Shown: positions 58,657-64,000 of the stretch, piece by piece
Layout of the letters: every line of letters starts with the position of its first letter
Position numbering within the stretch: position 1 is the first letter of the stretch
IMG/VR virus record: IMGVR_UViG_3300046170_000371
Coordinates: 23,160-87,159 of that record
Reading direction: 5' to 3' (one strand)
Source: a virus
Length of the DNA: 64,000 nucleotides
Program-made: the position numbers and the translations under genes
Notes under the pieces: model-generated
Told to the model about the DNA's origin: nothing
Seen by the model: the letters and a program-made list of their open reading frames with translations, nothing else
Databases searched by the model: none

Positions 58657-61600
58657 CGGTACTGCTCCTGTTCACGTTGGTCACGTTCGCCACCAATCAA
58701 AGCAGCTAAGCCTGCAGTAGCACCTGCGGCGGCAGCCGCGCCTCCAAACTGTCTGCCTCTAATGCCACGTTTAATGCGACTACTGACCTCTTGACGATTT
58801 GCTTTTGTATAAGTAGGACCGTCAGGTGCAGAACGATAAGAATTAGAGCCTGGCTCTGGACCTTGAGCTGGTCCATCTAGTTTAAACAATTCAGCTCGCA
58901 TATTTGCAGGCACGTCACGTGGCGTGTCTCCACCTGACCATGGATTTACTATTTTTGCATTACTGTTATTTCCTCCCATCCATCCACCTTGACCAGCATC
59001 TGCCATAGGAGCAGATTGATTACCAGTGATGTCTCCTGGAGTAGGGGCAATAGATGGTGTAGGTGCTTGTTGGATAGGCTGCTTGCTAAAGACATTCTCA
59101 GGAATGCGGTTTCCTACATTTACATTAGGAATACCTCTTTGCCTGAATTGTTGTTCACCTGATGCATCCGTAATAATTCTACCAGCTGGTCTACGTGCAG
59201 TCTCACCTTTGTTAAATTCACTTTCATTAGGTACTTCTAGTCTCCGTCCTTTAGGTGCAGGTCCTAGTAATCTGTCCCCAAATTTCTGAGGTCCTGCTGC
59301 AGGTTCAGCTTGAGCACCTACTTTCATCAGTCGTGCAATTTCTCCAACCTCAATAGCTTCTTTATCCATCTCTACTTTCCGACCTCTAGCAGCAAACTCA
59401 GAGTCAAGAGCACGCTGTTGCTGAGCTAATGGGTCATTTGTTTGTTTAGCAGCAGCTTCACGTAACTCTTTATCTTCGACATACCTTCTTTCCACTTCAT
59501 TCATTACTTCTGCGTTCTCAGCACCATACTTTTCCGCACGCTGTGTAGGACTCATGTTACGTCCTGCTTGTTTGATGAACTTGGCACGAGGCTCTTCATC
59601 TCCACCAGCAACTCCAATCAGTGCTTGACGTGCATCACCTAATCCTTCTTGGCCACCTCTAATAGCGTCAATTGCATTAGGCAGCTTCACTTGTTTACCG
59701 TTTGCACCTGTGGTGTACAGCTCACCTGCTGCTCCTAATGCTGCTTCTGCATTGCCACCTTGTAGTGCACGTAATGCAGCACCTACTCCTTTACCTTTAA
59801 TTTTCTGATTACCTACTTTTGCAATAGGTACTTCAGCATCAACTAACTGTGGTGCTTCGAAGATAACGCCTCTATCTTGACCACCTGCAGGCTCACCTCT
59901 TTCATATGCTGCTTGACGTTCTGCATTAATGCCTCTTTCCTTTTGTTGACGCATCATATTAATAGCATCAGCTAACTTACCTTGCTCTTGACCTGGAATA
60001 CGTAACTGTCTCATTACATCAGTTACTCCAGGATTTTCTACTGCTACTTGCGGTCTTTTAGTTCCTACAAAGTCTCCTTCTACTGGAGCCATAAATGGTT
60101 TACCACTAGCAGCTTTTGCTTCAATAATACGGTCTACTGCAGCTTCAAACTCCTGTGGACTTCTAATGTCATCCGGCAGGTCCGATAAGTCAAATTGACC
60201 CTTGGCAGCAGCCATAAAGTCTCTACCAGGCCGTACGAGGTCTACACTGTTAGGGCCGAAGATGCTTCCACCCTTCTTGACCCATAGGACGCACATTTTG
60301 TCTAGCCCATTCTTGTCCTCTACCAGATAAGGGGCGCATTAAGCTCATTTTGAGCCTGGTCAAAGTTTACTTCACCTAATTGCACCATGTCGCCATCAAC
60401 ATCTCCGTAATAGCCGTCAATTGCTGGATTCTTAAACCCGTGGGCTGTTCCCTGACGTCTAATCAGTGGGAACGCTTCACCACGCTCTACATCTTGTCCC
60501 ATAACGATTCTTTGGATATTTCCGCCTTTATCTACTTCTTTGGCTCCACCTAATACTGCAATCTCTTCAATCCGTCCAATATTCTGCTCTGTCAGGTTTC
60601 TGTTGTACTGAGGATTCGTTTTTAAGTTACGTTCAGCTTCAGCAGCAGCTTTTACGTCTTGTGCAGCTTTTGGATTAGCTAATTGCTCTAGCAACCGAAT
60701 TGCTTGTTCTTTTTTAAGTGGATTACCTTCTGCAGCTCTTTGTACTGCAATTTCACGCAATTGTTCACGAGCAGCAGCTCTCCTGTTTTGTCTTTCTTCT
60801 TTTACAACATTACCAGCTTCGTTTTTAGCATTCTTGAGCTTTTGTCCTGGGAATACTTCCAATCCCATACGCTCTAAGACTTCACCAACGTTTCTACGTG
60901 GATATGGTGAATGATCTGCAAATTGAACGGCATCATCGATACTAATTTCACCTCTGTTCACTGCTTCTGCTAATTGAACAAAAGCATCTTCTTGTCCACC
61001 ACCATTTGCAGCTTCAACACGCATTGGACCTTGTGGCCCATCGTTACCGACCCGAAATTCTTTGAGAATCCCTTCTTCTTTATCTTCTCTTGCAAATACT
61101 CTACGTCTTTTACCATCTGTCCCTTTTTTATAGGGTACTTCGTTGTTTCTTTCGGGAAATGCTAGTCCCATCTCTTGAAGCATGACCGCTTCACGTAATT
61201 CTCTAGGTACAGGCTGTCCTGCAGGAGCAACACCTTCAACACGTAGGGGTTTACCTCTTTCCTGTTGAATACCAACGTTGACATTCAGGTCATTACGGTC
61301 TTTTACCTGTTGTTCGTATCTCTTTCTTTCTTTACCACCAAAATCTTTATCATCTGCCCCTTCAATTTGCCAATCAGCTTGGTCTTCTCCAAATTGAATT
61401 GCTCGTGCTGCATTACCTACCCGTTCTTGCTCTCCAAAATTAGGATTATCTAAATCAATACCTTCATTACGCAATGCGGAAGCTAATGTATCCCTTTCTT
61501 CAGGAAGCATCAGCTCTCTTGCACGTTCTCCTGCTTGAGGACGAGCTTCTCTTAACTGTTCTTGCCTATTAATGCCTCTATCTTCTCGAATGAGCTGCAT

Positions 61601-61702
61601 CTCTGCTTCATCACGGCTATATCCTTGAGCTAACTTCTCAGCAAGACGATTAGCGCCAAGCATAATAGAATTGCTAAAATCTTGAGCGTCTTTTAAAGCC
61701 AC
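58653..61702 (-). CDS. Large putative internal virion protein (probably one gene, indel near 60320)
   Basis: ORFs 60320..61702 and 58653..60296 abut; TACAATAG only upstream of 61702; C-terminal Ala/Gly hydrophobic segment. Confidence 0.55.
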
Positions 61703-61749
61703 AATCTACATATCAAACCTGTATCTATTGTAGATACTTTAGATATCTA

Positions 61750-63149
61750 TTATCGAAGCAATGTTCCACGATTAACTGATGTATATGGCGTGTTATCTCC
61801 GATAATGGATTTATCTGGCTTCATGTTTAGTAAATCCTTTGTGTCATGTGGATTATTGTCCATTGATGTGTTGTGTGGTACTGCATCAGGCAGTGGTGCT
61901 GGAGCATCCTTCGGCAAATCAGGGATATCTTGGGAAGCAACAGTGTCTTTTGCTTTACCTAGGTGGTTAGCAAAGACTTCATCGGCAGTTTTGGTGTAAT
62001 TACTGCGAGCACGGGATTGACCTGCGGAGATTTTCACAAAATCGTCCTGTCCTTCCTGTCCTGCGTTCTTATTAACCTGCCAATGCTGCCCACCAGCGTA
62101 CTTCCTACCCTGAATAGCTTCTTGATTACGCATACGCTCCATTAATCCCACAGGATTGCCGTCTGCACCGTTGTAATTGTCCAACATTGCGGAACGACGA
62201 CGTACTTTCTCGTCTGAGTTGTCCGCCATCGTGCGATTTGCCCAGTTAATCTTCTCTTCTGGTACTTTTTGCCCAGGATTTACGTCCATTTGCTTGTAAT
62301 TCTCGTTCATATTCTTCCCACGCTGGTAGGTTGCTACCCCACTCTGGTCTTTGTAGATATCTTTGGACAGACTTACGTAGTCAACCTCGCTGTCATGCTG
62401 ATGCAGCGTCTCTGGATTGTAGATTTGCGAGTTACTTTTCCCTGCATAGGGGGAAGAAGCAGTGGTTGGTAGCTGATTTCCAGAGTATGGGTTCTCAATT
62501 TTGTAACCACCAGACAATAGTTTGTTTGCATCGTCCATTGTCATGGGCTTGGGGCTGGTGCTAGTACCTCTCTGTACTACATTTGTAGGACTTACACGTG
62601 TTTCTCCACCGCTGTAGTCAGTTCTGCCACTTGTTTTAGGCTCAATAGAGTATCCACCACTAGAGTTTTACCAGTGCCTGGGTTAATAGCTTGACCTGTT
62701 GCTGAATCGTACTTAACTCCCATTACTGAGTAAGTTCCACCACCTAAAGCAGGGACTTCTGCACCACTCACTCCTGGTGTTGTCGGACGCTCAGGGTTCT
62801 GCGTAGGAGTTTCAACCTTAAGGAAAGATGAAGGCTTAACTTCTTTGTTTGATGTGTATGGAGGAGTACTGGGCTTCCTCTCTCCTTGCTGGTAAGTACC
62901 GTATGTCTGACGTTCAAATTCTCCAGTCTCATGGCTATATTTTCCAGGATCTTGATTCATCAGCCTAAATCCATTAGGTGATGTTGCATCTGGAACTCTT
63001 TTGAATTTGTTATCTCCTTGGACAACATAACCTTGAGACTCAGCTGCTGCTTTAGAACTATCGTACGCTTTCTGCTGCCCTTTTAATCTATTGTCGTGCC
63101 TTCTATTTCCAGCCGGTGTGGAGTTATAAGCATCAGGAGAACCAAACAT
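61750..63149 (-). CDS. Disordered hypothetical protein(s), probably one frameshifted gene
   Basis: ORFs 62592..63158 and 61750..62544; TAGAATAG upstream of ATG 63149. Confidence 0.45.
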
Positions 63150-63172
63150 CTGACGCAATATATCTGTCTATT

Positions 63173-63373
63173 CTATAAAACTTCGCCTGTGTTCTCACGA
63201 CTGGCGCGTTCCATTGCGATTGCATCATTTGGTGCCAGCTTTGGTGGAGAAGCAGGGCTGTCGTCAATAGCAGCTCCACCTCCCATTCCCAAGCACTTGC
63301 CAAGTGTCTCGTTCCACTGGTACCCAGGCTTACACATCACCTTATTGATTTGTTCCTGACGACTTACATTCAT
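63173..63373 (-). CDS. Small hypothetical protein (CKPGYQWNETLGKC motif)
   Basis: 66-aa ORF; TAGAATAG at 63396-63403. Confidence 0.55.
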   Translation of the reverse strand: MNVSRQEQINKVMCKPGYQWNETLGKCLGMGGGAAIDDSPASPPKLAPNDAIAMERASRENTGEVL

Positions 63374-63404
63374 GGTCCAGTGTTCTTCATTCCCCCTATT
63401 CTAT

Positions 63405-63537
63405 AAAAACTACGTTGCTACGCTAAGCTACGTTCTCTCTATACCTTTCTAAATTAAATACATATAGGGGGCTAGGGGGGTATATAAAAAAGGGGTATAT
63501 AGAAAACTACGGTAGTTAGCGTAGTTTCGTAGTTTTT
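63405..63537. repeat. Structured repeat locus B: three CTACG motifs, AT/G-run spacer, inverted (C)GTAG motifs
   Basis: aaaactacgttgctacgctaagctacg ... tatatagaaaactacggtagttagcgtagtttcgtagttttt; 63496-63534 is the reverse complement of 11267-11305 with 2 mismatches. Confidence 0.85.
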
Positions 63538-64000
63538 CGGCTGACTCCAAATCAGCAGCTTTCTCATTACCGCTGTTCTTTCTCAATAGTGTCCAACAAC
63601 GCCGTACGATGTATCGGTAGTGATTGTGGAAAACTATTTAATATTATGTATAGCTTTTAGAGTGCTTATTGCCCTGAAAAAGCACCCTATAGGGGGCTAA
63701 AAGTGCTACAAAATTTGTGACGGGTCTAATACCCTCTGTACCCGAACTGCTCGGTCGAACAAAAAAAATAATGAGTGTTATTAACACATGTTGAGCAGCG
63801 CAAGCATCAACTGTTGTTCACTCGTTTCACTCGTTCACTTTTCACATTTGTTCAACGCAAGTTAACGAACTCATGTTTCATTCTCATTTGTATCTCACTA
63901 TTGAGAATGCGTCGTTCGTTTTGTCTTGCGCCTCACTATTGTCACCACAAGTTAACACCGTTGTTTAACTTCCGTTGATACATCTGTATCTAACTGGTGT

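Overview
This window is most of a tailed dsDNA phage genome (Caudoviricetes), very probably a cyanophage of marine Synechococcus/Prochlorococcus. Host clues are a cyanobacterial-type sigma-70 factor, two NblA-like genes, and a glutamine riboswitch ahead of a DUF4278 peptide. No RNA polymerase, psbA or hli genes are visible. The gene content recalls the S-EIV1-like lineage, but that is an unverified inference. Layout: replication/early module on the + strand (1-9 kb: AEP primase-VapE helicase, T7-type PolA, homing endonucleases); host-takeover, lysis and integration genes (9-16 kb); tail fibres (16-37 kb); head, portal, terminase and putative internal virion proteins, mainly on the - strand (37-63 kb); and a non-coding repeat-rich region at the right end. 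Many genes carry single-base indels typical of an unpolished long-read sequence, so several ORF-track fragments are joined here. Main highlights: (1) a 39-bp inverted repeat (37/39 identical) 52 kb apart, one copy beside a tyrosine recombinase that also has a tRNA-Ser-like att core; (2) three apparently catalytically dead enzymes in the replication module; (3) a TAVAATAG promoter-like motif before many genes, possibly read by the phage sigma factor; (4) an A_AAA_AAG -1 frameshift candidate; (5) a ~527-nt portal/scaffold dual-coding overlap; (6) a shared N-terminal RFAG motif on putative internal proteins.
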